Below the pieces are notes generated by a model. The model saw nothing but the letters and a program-made list of their open reading frames with translations. It was not told where the DNA came from and did not search any database. Positions 51,036 to 64,000 of a stretch of DNA of 64,000 nt are shown piece after piece. The stretch comes from Eledone cirrhosa (taxonomy: Eukaryota): positions 172,732,001 through 172,796,000 of the forward strand of contig OZ024743.1 of NCBI GenBank assembly GCA_964016885.1. Direction: 5' to 3'. How positions within the stretch are numbered: the first letter of the stretch is position 1; the number at the start of each line of letters is the position of its first letter. Made by a program: the position numbers and the translations under genes.

Positions 51036-52126
51036 GAGACTGACAAATAATTCCAAAGAATAAAAAAAAAACTTGTGAGACTCAATGATTAGCAGTCATT
51101 TATAGATACGCTGTGAGGTGGCCCTAGCATCACTGAGTTCACTGCCACTTCGCCTGTACAATACAGCCTGCCTATATAACAGTTTACTACAATCTCTGCA
51201 GACTACACACAGACTACAACTTGTCACTTTTTAAGGGAACATCCCATGGTAAATAAAGAGACTCTCGCACAACACAATATTCATTTCTGAACAGTATAAT
51301 CAACGACTGAATTTACGTATTTTTTTCCTTTTATTGAGGTGAAGTAAATAGATATATTAAACCAAAATTGTTGGTATTTGTTGTGTTCGTCATTTATTCC
51401 ACAACAGCTTCACATCAGCTGTATTTAGTCGAGTAGAAGCAGTTGTAGTAGTAGCACGAGAAGCATGAATGTAGCGATAGTTGGCGATGTTGGTACTATG
51501 GTTCGTTGTTCACTTGTGGATTGCTTTGTAATATGGTCACGTTTGTGTGGAGTGTAGGTGAAGGAGACTGATGTACCTGATACAGTGTGACCATAGATTG
51601 CGGGTGTGCAAGTAACGGTGTTGATGATGATGTGTTGATTCCTTGGGTAAGGATTTACCCTGATGGAATATAAACCAAATCGCTACTTAAATATATTTAT
51701 TAATTCAATAACCTGTTACTAGGTTATTGTTGACAATATAAGAAAACAAGCTACCCCTGTACAACAGTTATGGTTACACTGACATAATTCCCTGTCTCTT
51801 TCTCTGTGTATATAAACAAATAAACACATATGTAACACTAATAAAAAATCAATGGCATTGATGATAAAATCTAAACAATAATATAAAATAACGATTATAT
51901 ATATACAACGTATATGTATATATATATATATGATGCTGCTTACCAAGTAAGTGCCAAATGTTTTCCGACCTGCTTCTTTCCTCGCCAATACGAAATAACA
52001 AATTCATTAGTTGGTCATGTGACTATGTCTCATGAAGCTCAAAGCAGCGACTAATCACATGTAAATTGTTTTGGATTACTACTCGCGAAGACTAAGTCGT
52101 ACTCTCTCTCTCATATATATATATAT

Positions 52127-52194
<68 letters not shown>

Positions 52195-52460
52195 TTGCGA
52201 GGTTTTTGATATGAAATCGTGTGTCGAAACAAATATTGTTATACTTGGGGAGGGTCATATTTGATAAACTATATATATGTGTTTGTGTCTATATTGTATC
52301 TGTATTTTTGACCGTCGGTCAGTCAATGGCAACATCGAGGACCGAATAAATTAGATTACCGATATAAAAGACACAGAAGCGAAAACCAACCAAACAGTGA
52401 GTGTGTTCTGTTATTAATTCTGGCAATATTACATAAATATGACCCTCCCCAAGTATAACA

Positions 52461-52772
<312 letters not shown>

Positions 52773-52799
52773 TTATACATATATATATACATATATAGA

Positions 52800-53580
52800 A
52801 GTAGTAACACAACAGTTAGTTCACCATACCGAGAACAATTGTTTCACCTTATGCAGATCTTCAGCTCGGACTGGTGATGGTTATATGGAACAGGAAGAAC
52901 AACCGTATGAACGCACATGCGCAGAAACGGCCACTTCACCCAAGCGATACAAAACCACGAGAATAGTCCGGAATAAAATGGTCGAGTTGATTAGAAAATT
53001 AGAATGTTGTTGTTATTCAATCCGGAGCTTTATAGTTATGTAAGAGGTGTTTTCAGACATGTGGACAACGTGAGAAAATTTCATTTCTTGAATTTAGGCA
53101 ATCGATATTGCGTAAACACCTTAGAATATTTATCATTTCTTCAATACACAGTCCACAAGACGGATTGCCCCTTGCGTATGGCTTGGACTTTGTGATAGCT
53201 TTCCATTGAATGGAGTAGTCTATACCTGAGTCTTTGAGGGACCATACGTGGCTCGCGAGCTTCATGGATGATCGTTTGTCTGGGTACCTAAAGGTCGACT
53301 GATGGTTCAGGAACCATTCCTTAAATCGGCCCTCCGCCATACCCATATAGGATTTGACCTACTGTGGTTGATTTAGTCGGTTGGAAGTAACCACAGCTTC
53401 ATAAACTACAGCTGGTGTGTTGCATTGCTGTTGAAGGGGAGAAGCTTCAGGTTTTTGGCAAGAGCATCCTGGTGGGGTGCTGCTCTTAGGACTGTTGGTG
53501 AAGTGGGCCTTCATATTCTTAGTGCAGGACTACTCTAGTTTTACTCAGTGTCTGTTAAAGATGGAGCGGTATTTGTGACC
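52800..53580 (-). mobile_element. Penelope-like (Naiad-type) GIY-YIG fragment with hammerhead (52829-52869)
   Basis: GMAEGRFKE..NHQSTFRY..LASHVWSLKD..CGLCIEE..LNSRNEIFSRCPH. Same family as 13738-15130. Confidence 0.88.
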
Positions 53581-53675
<95 letters not shown>

Positions 53676-53684
53676 ATATATATA

Positions 53685-55494
53685 TTAGTGAATTGGCCAT
53701 AGGGTTATTTACTCCAGTAAATACCACTACATGCCAGCCACTAATTTAATTTGTTTAGAAGATGTAAAAGAAATGACGATGTAGTAATTGAAACATGACG
53801 AATACTTCGGAAAAGTGTATCAGTAACGATTTGCATTTATTGAAGTAGCTTGTTACAATTTTGGTAGTGAAACGTACCTCGTGCCATAATGTGAACTCCC
53901 GCCCCTCCAAAAGGTGGTGGAAGTGCTTCACGGCAAGATAAATCGCCAAAAGTTCTCTGTCAAAGGTGCTGTATCTCTGTTCTGCTGGGTTTTAATTGGC
54001 AAGAGAAAAATGCCAATGGTTGAACTTGTTGATCGATTACATGATGCCAAACTGCGCCAACAGCACGATCAGATGCATCAACAGATAAGGAAAGTCTCGC
54101 ATTTGCAACAGGATGGGCAAGGAAGGAAACTTTAGCTAGCTCAGACTTGACGGATTTAAAAGATTGCAATGCATCGGCAGAAAGTGAAATTTTTTCATCT
54201 TTCTTTTTTGCAGCCCTTAAAAACTGTGTCAAGAGGAATAACTTGTCCGCACAGTTGGGAATAAAGCGACGATAAAAGTTAATTAATCCTAAAAAAAATG
54301 GCGTAATTGTTTCAAGGATGTTGGTGGTGCTAATTACTGAATCCCCTCTACTTAGCTGGCAATCTGGAACAAGTGGTCTGGGTGAGCCAGTAGAGATATC
54401 GCAGAGAATTTTTCCTTCAGAAGATGGAAGAGGTAAATATTCAAATTTGCAGCGGGAGAACTGGTCAGAGGAAATGTCCAGCGAATCCAAAGTAGGTTGA
54501 TCAATGTTGAAGAAAAACAGTTGAGCGCAGTAATCTGAGTAAGTCCAGATGGGCGGTTGTTGATCTGAGTAAGTCCAGATAAGTTTCTTTTAAGTAGCTG
54601 ACCGCAGAACGAACGTGCATAAAAATGCCCAGCAAGTGACGTCAATTTACGACGCAAGGTGTCGCAATTTTTTTTACTGGCATTAATAAAGTAGCTCGTG
54701 GTCGAACTATTCTTTGAGATGAATAGCAATGAGTGTGTTGGTAAATTCCACCGCGCGGGAAAATGACGAAACGATTGGTTGTTGGTCTTAAACAAAAGCT
54801 TGGTTGAACGAGAAAGACACGAGGTGTAATTTTCAGAAAAAGAAATATCATGTTCAAAAATGAAAGAGTCCAATTCAATGAATGATTCGTAGTAAGATGT
54901 AGCGAAAGTATAAACAGCCAAGTTAGAAGCATTTGAAGGTTGTCACCACGTGAGGTGGGAATAGAAATTTTTTTTTTTTCTTCATTCTTAAGTTGGTGTT
55001 ATTTTACGTTAGGGTCATCATTTTAGTGGTTGGTGTTTCTTTTTCCTTTTTTTTTCTTTTTCTTTACGTCGGGTCACCATTTTAGTGATTTGGCCATAGG
55101 GTTATTTACTCCATTAAATACCATTACATGCCAACCACTAATTTAATTTGTTTAGAAGATGTAAAAGAAATGACGATGTAGTAATTGAAACATGACGAAT
55201 ACTTCGGAAAAGTGTATCAGTAACGATTTGCATTTATTGAAGTAGCTTGTTACAATTTTGGTAGTGAAACGTACCTCGTGCCATAATGTGGTGTAATCCT
55301 GAGGTATAGGATAGGATTAGAAAAGGTTTAGCATCTGTGCTTGGTGTGGTCAGTTCTAGAGCCTTTGGTGAAAGGGAGAGTAGATTGTCCTTTGCTCCTT
55401 CTTTTATAATCTCTGAAATGGAAGTTCAAGGAGTTTTCTAGAAATTCTACGGGAAGTAACTTTGGTTACTTCCCTTTGTCTAGAGAGCGCTATA
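53685..55494 (-). mobile_element. Deleted and rearranged Ty3/Gypsy LTR element
   Basis: LTR copies at 55081-55494 and 53685-53893 (partial). PBS TGGTGACCCGACGT at 55066-55079 resembles the complement of the tRNA-Trp 3' end. RT/RNase H motifs FLGLINFYRRFIP, VDAS, LAIYLAVKHF. Confidence 0.88.
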
Positions 55495-55538
55495 TGTATA
55501 TATATATAGGTCACAAATACGGTATTTGTGACCTATAT

Positions 55539-55605
<67 letters not shown>

Positions 55606-55615
<10 letters not shown>

Positions 55616-55821
55616 GAATAGCTTTCACCGTATTTTTCGACTAAAGAAATTTTAGTCTGATAATGGGGTTTAGAACCCTTAGATAAATGGAAAAAGATGA
55701 GTATTGACGTACATGTACGTCAATACTCATCTTTTTCCATTTATCTGAGGGTTCTAAACCCCATTATCAGACTAAAATTTCTTTAGTCGAAAAATACGGT
55801 GAAAGCTTTTCTATTTTCTAA
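55606..55821. repeat. 216-bp spacer-less palindrome (108-bp arms, 2 mismatches)
   Basis: Centred on GTACA|TGTAC at 55713/55714, flanked by (TA)n. Confidence 0.95.
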
Positions 55822-55883
55822 TTTCAAACCTCCTGCTCACTGTTTCAAAACATACTTACTTGTCATATATATATATATATACA

Positions 55884-58875
55884 GGGAAAAGTTTAACCCC
55901 GACGGCAGAGCTCAAGCCGTTTTTATTCGACGGCTATTTCTGGACTAATTTAGAATTTTTAGCGTGGTAAATAAATAGCCGAACTTTTCAAGAAGTAATT
56001 CCTCATATCGGAAAATTGTAGTTGTCAAAAGGATTGGTCAAAATTTCTTGTAAACACCATTAAATCTTTCATGGATTCAATACCTACAAACCTCCCCCAC
56101 CGAACCCTATGCTCTCACCCTTCGAGAGCGACCTCTTCCACCTGGTCAAGAGTATAAAATTCAAACCCAGACACAACCGATTCCTACAACAACTCCGTAG
56201 CAAAATAACGGAGTATGAAAGCACCAACGACATCCTGGTGCATTCGGACAAAACTGGAAACCTCTATTTCGTCAATCCTAACAGATACCACACACTGATC
56301 AGGAGCAGCCTGAACTCCACCTACAAAAAGCTAACCATTCTATAATCGAAGACATAAATCTAGATGGACAACAAATTACCTGCAGTCTCGGGGTCGCCGA
56401 CCGCACTGAGCCCCTTGACCCACGGACTCCCTACTTCACCCTGAAGGACCACCAATCCGACTTCGACCATAGACCATCCATCAGGCTTATAAACCCGACG
56501 AAGTCGGACATAGGGAGAGTCAGTAAAAAGATCCTAGACCGCGTGATACCAAAAGTTAAGCAAAACGCAAGACTTAGCCTTTGGGTCAGCACCCAGGAAG
56601 TCATCTCATGGTTCAGGAATATTCAGGACAAACAGGACACCAAATTCATCCAGTTCGACATAGAGAGTTACTACGCCTCTATTACCTTACTGCTCCTTAC
56701 GGTCGCTTTGGACTTTGCCAAAACAATCACACTCATCGCCGACCAGGAAAGAAACATCATCTCCACGCCAGGAAGACAGTTCTCCTTTTCGACAACTCCA
56801 AGTGGATAAAGAGAGCTCTCAACTCCCCCTTCAACGTCAGTATGGGCGCGAACGACTCGGCCGAGGTGACCGATCTTATAGGATTATTCCTACTATATAA
56901 ACTCTCCGAAACGTTTCTTGCATTCGGTGGTGGATTGTACCGAGACGATGGGCTCCTTACCCTCAAAGGGCACAACCCCAGTAGTACAGACCGGGTCCGT
57001 AAACAACTAATCAACTTCTTCCGGGACCGGGGATTTAAAATTACCCCACACACGTCCCTAACCCGAGTCAATTTCCTGGACCTTACTCTCAACCTCGAAA
57101 ATGATCTGTACTACCCATACAGGAACCCAAACGACAACCTGCACTACATCCACCGCCGCTCTAACCATCCTAGAAACATCACCAACAATCTAGTTAAAAA
57201 CATCTCCCTCCGCATATCTCGTTTGTCCGCTAATGAGCAGATTTTCGATGAACATACATCTCGTTACAACCAGGCCTTCAAGCGAAGCGGCTTTTGGGAG
57301 GAAATCTCCTTTTATCCAGATTCCCTTAGCGGAACCAGCAGGCGACGCCACCGCTCATCCACGTAACGTGGTTCAACCCTCCCCCACAATGCCGAGGTGG
57401 CAACACCTATCGGGAAAATCTTCTTCAGGCTCCTCGAATAACACTTCCCACCTCAATACCGCTACCACAACATAATCAACAAAAACACTATCAAACTCTC
57501 TTACAGCACCACACCCAACTTCGCACAAAACATCGCCTTCTCAAACAACAAGAAACTCAACCCCTATGGAAGAAACAACCTAGACATTAGTGGAGAGCCG
57601 ACCAGGAGGTGTAACTGCCCTGATAGATCTACGTGCCCCCTCAACAACAGATGCCGAGAACGTAACGTAATCTACCAATGCAACGTGAGGACGGAAAGCT
57701 CCAACAAGCCTATATAGGATTAACCGCTTGTGACTTTAAGACCCGGCTCTACCAACACCAACATATGTTCCGAAACCCGGCCCGGCGACATGCCACTACA
57801 CTTTCGGGCCATTATTATCTGGGACCCCCAAGATAATAACATAACATACAATCTTACTTGGAGCTTACTGCCCAGGGCTAACTCCTACACGGGAGGACGC
57901 TGTCCGTGTAACTTATGCTCGGACGAAACATTACAAATGTTGTTTACAAAGGACCAACTTCTAAAGACGAACTTGTAACTGCATGCAAACACTGATTGCG
58001 TAGGAGTTACCTCGCCCTCAAACCCCCTCTTAACCCGGGTGGGTAGACAATGGCTGCAACATTCCCCTTTTCCCCACTTGCCGAACAAGATAGGGGAAAC
58101 CCCAGCTGACATAGGTAGATGTCCTTTTTTCTTTTCCGTTTTCTTTTCTTCTTCCCTTTATCTCTTCCTATCACTTCCTTCCACTCCCTATCCTCTTCCT
58201 TTTCCTCCTTTCGCCTACCCCAAAGGCAGCCTATCGGGCTTTTGTAGCCTCAGTACCCTCATCCCAGTAAATTATATATAGCATTGGCTGAAAACGCAAT
58301 AACAACTAAATATAGCAGCTGTTTTAGACTCTAGAGATTTTTTTAATTACTTTTTACTATCCAATTTTATAATTTTATACTTTTTTAATTATTTATTATC
58401 TTCACTTCTAATCTCATTTTATTAACCTATTCTATAACGTCCCCTCTCTATTTTCTCCAGAATCCTTTTTCACCTGCTTCCTATCTAGCCTATTGTCAAG
58501 CACACTCCTTAGAATTTGCTGTATAGAATTCGCTTTCAACGCTTGACCGGCTCCACTCACTCCCTCATTGTCCTACAGGCAAGTTCAGCCACCCCCACCT
58601 CCCACCCACTGCCATGAAAGATTTAATGGTGTTTACAAGAAATTTTGACCAATCCTTTTCAAAACTACAATCTTTCTATATAAGGAATTACTCCTTGAAA
58701 AGTTCGGCTTTTTATTTACCACGGTAAAAATTCTAATTTAGTCCAGAAATAGCCGTCGAAACGGCTTGAGCTCTGCCGTCGGGGTTAAACTTTTTCCTAT
58801 TACCCACTCTATTACCCTAAGTATTGAGTACTCTGGTGCGTCATGGACCATCTGGTTCCTTACCACACCTCCTTT
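55884..58875 (+). mobile_element. Penelope-like retroelement (Naiad-type), RT plus GIY-YIG, with inverted pseudo-LTR
   Basis: QFDIESYY, MGA..SAEV.DL.G, YRDDGL, FLDLTL, SNHP, WFNPP, CNC..CPL..C, YQC..YIGLT, C..C..CKH. 55884-56074 is an inverted copy of 58612-58797. Confidence 0.93.
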
Positions 58876-59395
58876 ATTATATATATAGATATACATATAT
58901 GTATATATATATATTATATATATATATATACATATAGCAGTTGTTCTGCATAGTTCCACAGGTCGGTTACGCCCGGGCAGTGTACAATTGCGTGCAGGAC
59001 TGTTTCAATATATATATATATGTATTTTTTTCTCTCTCTCGTCTACGATTTCACAGAACTTACGTTCACCGAATTCACAGACTAGATCCCTTCTTCCTCC
59101 CGTTAGACCTGTACGGAATTCCTTCCTTGCTCACATTCCAACCAGGTTTGATGGTCTTTATTCTCTCTCGTTCACGATTTCACCGAATTTAAATTCATAG
59201 AAATTTGGGACTTGACTCCTTCTTCCTCACTTTACGTTGCTTCACCATCTTTGTTTGTTTACACTCGTGTCCCCTTTATTTACGTGTCCCAACGACTTTT
59301 TTTAGCCGTTGCTCGCACCAACCGGAGGTATATGGTCTTTAAAGCGATGAAATACCAATGATGGTTGGAAGATCACTGATGAAGGACTAACTTTA

Positions 59396-59442
<47 letters not shown>

Positions 59443-59446
<4 letters not shown>

Positions 59447-60073
59447 AAACAGTCCTGCACGCACTTGTACACTGCCCGGGCGTAACCGACCTGTGGAACT
59501 ATGCAGAACAACTGTTGTCGCGTATGGGACAAATCCAATTGACTGCCGAGTCCATAATAAGGATCAAACCGCCAGCCTCTTTCAAAAACGAAAGAGAGGC
59601 GGTATTCCTCTGTACAGTGGCTATGGTGAAAGAAGTTATATGGTGGACGAGATTGAGAGGACTGAGGACAGATGCCTTTCTCTCCGGACAACAATTGATT
59701 CCCTTCTTTACGTATCACTTTAGAAGGAGTATCAGAGTGGAGAGAGAGGCACTGCACCCCAGTAAATTTACTGAAAGGTGGGTGAATGAAGCGAAAATGG
59801 CCCGAGTGATTGGGCCTCCTCTGTTTATAAGCCTGTAGGTTGAAGAAGAGTGTAAAAGGAAGAAAGGAGCACTTGCACAACACGCTCCTGGAGTTGAGGG
59901 TTGTTCTATCGACGGGGTATTAAACAACCCATTTGTGGCGCCTCCCCCCTATTGGGGATTTCGATTGTTGTAATTGTTTGTTTTTATATTTTTTACACGA
60001 CTGTATGTAAAATCCCCGGCATGTCTTTGTATTGTCCCCTTTTCTTGTGCGCCCTTGTGGCTAATAAAGAAAT
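59443..60073 (+). mobile_element. L1/Tx1-clade LINE 3' end (zf-RVT C-terminus plus UTR)
   Basis: ETVLHALVHCPGVTDLW..VKEVIWWTR..FTERW; AATAAAGAAA then (TG)n. Its first ~75 bp also occur inverted at 58936-59010. Confidence 0.7.
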
Positions 60074-60080
60074 ATATATG

Positions 60081-60094
<14 letters not shown>

Positions 60095-60151
<57 letters not shown>
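60095..60151. repeat. (TG)n microsatellite
   Basis: Pure GT dinucleotide run. Confidence 0.95.
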
Positions 60152-60152
<1 letters not shown>

Positions 60153-60995
60153 TGATGGTAGCTAAGATGCCTCCATAGGCGGTATGCCGGTTGAGCACTC
60201 TATGCTCTTACAGAGCAGAGTATGATAGAATATAAAACGAAAAATCATTGATGCATCTGAACTCAATTTATTGTGTTACAATTGTTTCCCCGGCGGACAG
60301 CTCGAGACGCGATCATTGTGTGGGTCTGTCTGATTCTGGACCCGCAGGTTCGACGGACACGTCTAATGATTTCGGAGCATATTCTCTCACTGGGGTATCT
60401 GACCCTCTGGGCCAGTACCATCAAAAACTTCATCCTCTTCGCGCGTCCTGCGATTGACCGCGGTTGTCGACGTCATCATAATTCTGACCACAGGTTCCAG
60501 TCCGCTGACCATCAGGGCGTTAGCTGTCCCATGTCTGCTACATTTCAATAAATTACTGCTGTGTTTGGTTGTTCACACATCCACGCGCGCACACACACAC
60601 ACAAGCACAGAGATAATGACAGTCGTACGCATAGTCGCCCGCTATACACACACATTTAAGGAGAACATATAAATATACGCATACATGCATCCAGAGAGGC
60701 ACGTACACACACAGACACATACCCACATGCCTATATACATCAACATACACACACACATACATGTGCATACACATGCACACGCGTATATACCCGTACATAC
60801 AAACACGTACATACACATACATAGCCACCCACGCAAACACATATACACGTACCCATATACATATATACACACACTCGCTCGCAAACACATATATACACAC
60901 AAACAAGCCCTTTTCCTACACGGGTGCTTGTACACACACACACACAGGCTCATATACACAAATATGCGCATATTCATATACACACCCACGCACGC

Positions 60996-61038
<43 letters not shown>

Positions 61039-61049
61039 AAAAATAAACC

Positions 61050-61825
61050 GAATACTCTGATGGCTGGATAATCTTTAAGATTTTCCTCGGTGAAGCAGGA
61101 AAAATGCAGGTTTTCACCTAATGCGGGCCCTAGGGGATCAAGAAAATGAATTTTTTTTATGTGCATAATATGCCTTTAAATTTCAGGAAAAGTGGCTAGA
61201 CGTAACGCCTCCAAAAAGCCCTACGAAGCTGAAAAAATGAAGTGTTTCACCTAATGCGGGCTCTAGGCCATAAGAAATTTGGATTTTCTTTGCTTACGGT
61301 ATGAAGAAGAGACTGACTAATACATAGTTACAATTTCAAGGAAATCGGTCTGACGTAACGCCTAAAAAAAAACCTAAAAATCTTTAAAAATGCAGTTTTT
61401 CACCTAATGCGGGCCCTAGGAGATAAAAACACTCCCTGGAACATAAGTAATACATATGTAAAGTTTGAAAAAAAATCGGTTGGGTACTTCTCAAGTTTTA
61501 GGGATTCAAACTCACAGACATCCTTAGGGAAGTGACGTAATGCAGACAGACATACATACATACATACAGATATTATAAGGGCGCGACGTTATATGTATGT
61601 ATCTATCTAAAAAGAAAAAGACTAAGAATTATAGAGCGAGATCGCTAAATCGCCTAATGCGGACCCTAGGGCATTGAAAATTTGAAATTTTCTTTGCTCA
61701 GATCACTTTCCGAAACATAAGTATTACATGTGTAAAGTTTGAAAACAGTCGGTTGGGTGGTTCTCGAGATTTAGGGATTCGAACTCACACACACACAGAC
61801 ATCCTCAGTTTTATATATATATAGA
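61050..61825 (-). mobile_element. Non-autonomous Helitron-type repeat with internal tandem units
   Basis: CCTAATGCGG(G/A)C(C/T)CTAG recurs four times; 5' end A|TCTATATATATATAAAACTGAGG at 61825. Confidence 0.6.
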
Positions 61826-62020
61826 TAAAAAAAATACATATATATATATATAACCAAAAATTGCTAATACTGGAATTGAACCATCAAGACCGTTAAGGTA
61901 TGTCATACATCAATTCATGCATTTTACGAGGACGTACTGAAAAAACAGCACAGTACCTTCAAAATATATATAATAAAACATATTTTGATTATGTGAATGT
62001 CTCCATTTATTAATATTCTG

Positions 62021-62057
<37 letters not shown>

Positions 62058-62183
62058 AAGTTTTATTTAAATTGTTGGGTTACAACGAGTAAATATTTAT
62101 AACTGATATAAAAGCACTCAACAAGTATTTGGAGTATATTTACGATATTAAATAAATGGAAACTATATTTATAAAACCATATT

Positions 62184-62249
62184 TATTTCATTATATATAT
62201 TTCAGGGATATCATATTAAAAATATGGTATGCCTTCATCAGACAAAATA
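62184..62249 (-). ncRNA. Minimal hammerhead ribozyme (copy of 8650-8715)
   Basis: CUGAUGA-AGGCAUACCAUAUU..AAUAUGAUAUCCCU-GAAA-UAUAUA-UA with an 8-bp stem I. Confidence 0.8.
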
Positions 62250-62545
62250 CAATATAAACAGTCTTATAAATAGATAGATTTGACATACCTTACACTTCAA
62301 CTTCCATTTAAAAAGTTGATTTGGTAGTATATATATATATATAGTATTAAGGATACTATTTATGGTTATGTATACAGTAAAACCTTTTATAGTTATATAT
62401 ATTTTAAACCCTAAACAGTGAAAGACACTAATTTATTACTACCTTATTACCAGTAAGATAAATAGCTCAATGTAATAACATCAGTTGTTCTACAGAGCAG
62501 TTATATAGAAATTACATGAACCAAAGTTCTGTTCAAATCATTTAT

Positions 62546-62594
62546 TCGCTTACAATTGTTTCTTCCAAACCGAGGTTTGGAGTCTTCGGAGCAA
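62546..62594 (-). ncRNA. Hammerhead variant with CCGAAGA core
   Basis: UUGCU-CCGAAGA-CUCCAAACC UC GGUUUGGAA-GAAA-CAAUUG-UA-AGCGA. Confidence 0.65.
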
Positions 62595-64000
62595 TTTTTC
62601 AATGATTGTTTACATACTTGACCTCCTTTTCAACACGAGAGATATACAGAAACATATGTATATATTGATGCACAGTGGGTTGACATCCATTATAATATTT
62701 AAGCATGGCAGTTTACATTTAAAGATTAAAGTCATATTAAAATTACAACAAAATTAAAGTTATAATACAACATTGGCAGTCTATGAAAGTGATGCAGGAG
62801 GATAGTTAGAAGTAGTTAGTTACACGTGGGGCATGCACGTGTGTCCTATTTATATAAGATTATAGTGCGGTAAGGTGTTATATGGAATATAAGCACTTTA
62901 AGCGGGCAATCAAGAGTATTATGGGAGTTGTATAGTATTTTATATGTATGATATAGAAGCTTGTGTGCAGAGAAATATTTAAAGTATTAAATAGTGTTAT
63001 GGTTTTTCGTATACACCACCATTTTCACATCCAGGAAACGTAATATATAGATTATATGTCCTTCACATAATCTACGATGATTCAATATTGGATGCTTGGT
63101 GAATAAGGTTGGAATATTATATCTTGATGTTCTTTAATCCAATATTATATAGCAGGTTGTTTTTGTTGCGAGGCTTAACATCGTATTATTTTCCGGAAGT
63201 GTGTGTGTGATTAAGGGGAGTTAATGCGTGACTAGCTGATTTCTGTAACTAAAATATATTATTCTAATGTACATTAAATGGTGTCACACATGAGTCTCTA
63301 TCATATAGGTCATAAACAGTTTCTAAGTATAAGTATCCTATCTATAAATTACAGTCTAGTCTATTAAGAAGTACTAAAGGTGTTCATATTAGGATGATTA
63401 CCCTCTATCATAAAGAGCCACAACTGAATATTCTACATGAAGAGTCAGATCCCCAAATCAATGATCTTTGTAAGTGCAGTCTACCCGCAGAACCTGGCAG
63501 GGTTTTATTATAATCACTTCTATATATAACTCCCGGTAAGCTCAGGGTCAGTGCATGTCTTATTGCATGGCAAAGTTAAATATCACTAGGGTAGACCAGA
63601 GATTAATTCTCACTTACAATTTCACCAATCTGACCATCAAGTCATACATGTATGTACAATTCATATATCACTTGCACATAATTCATTGTACCCAGCATAA
63701 AGGTTAAATATTTCTTTTATGTTAATAAATTAATTAATTAATCTTCCATTTATCCAATGATGGCACTCCATACACAGAACAACATTAGCACAACCCATTC
63801 AGTGTTTAAAGTTTACATTCATTATATAGTGGTGTAATGTAGTCTAAGTAATTGAAGGCAATTATACCAAAAGTAGATGTACATGGGGATATCTCTAGGG
63901 TAATAGGTTCTAGAAGGAATTCACTATATATATAAATTAGACATATAACAGGACATATAACAGGACATAAAGATACACAGTGGGCTATAATGAAAGGATG

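Noticed and set aside
55650-55690. Hammerhead in the 216-bp palindrome
   Set aside because: It has CUGAUAA plus a hairpin, but no correctly placed GAAA or stem I.
60270-60580. GC-rich island as an exon or solo LTR
   Set aside because: It has TG..CA-like ends and an AATAAA, but no clear TSD, second copy or recognisable coding motif.
62900-64000. Possible coding remnant upstream of the 62546 hammerhead
   Set aside because: Only a weak IKEHQ-like word was seen, with no sustained ORF or motif.

Overview
This is AT-rich animal genomic DNA made almost entirely of transposable elements and microsatellites. The SINE and RTE repertoire suggests a cephalopod such as Octopus, which is an inference only. 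I found no host protein-coding gene, rRNA, true tRNA or CRISPR array. The window holds Helitron Rep/PIF1 fragments and non-autonomous Helitrons, about eight RTE LINE copies (one near full length), one CR1-type LINE, three CRE-like RLE LINEs (two with an N-terminal PHD-like finger), an L1/Tx1 3' end, a rearranged Gypsy element, a solo LTR, MITEs, two tRNA-derived SINE families, and four Penelope-like (Naiad-type) GIY-YIG retroelements. The most interesting structure lies outside the ORFs. (i) About ten minimal type-I hammerhead ribozyme motifs from several Penelope pseudo-LTR families are present. (ii) Many spacer-less palindromes and inverted termini sit beside (TA)n tracts. (iii) An in-frame 11 x 39-bp array lies inside a Penelope ORF, and one orphan unit of it is spliced into a different element's ribozyme arm. 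(iv) A SINE and its probable RTE partner share both a 5'-UTR motif and a 3' tail. (v) A fold-back Helitron head-to-tail junction is present. All family assignments come from motifs read by eye; no searches were run.
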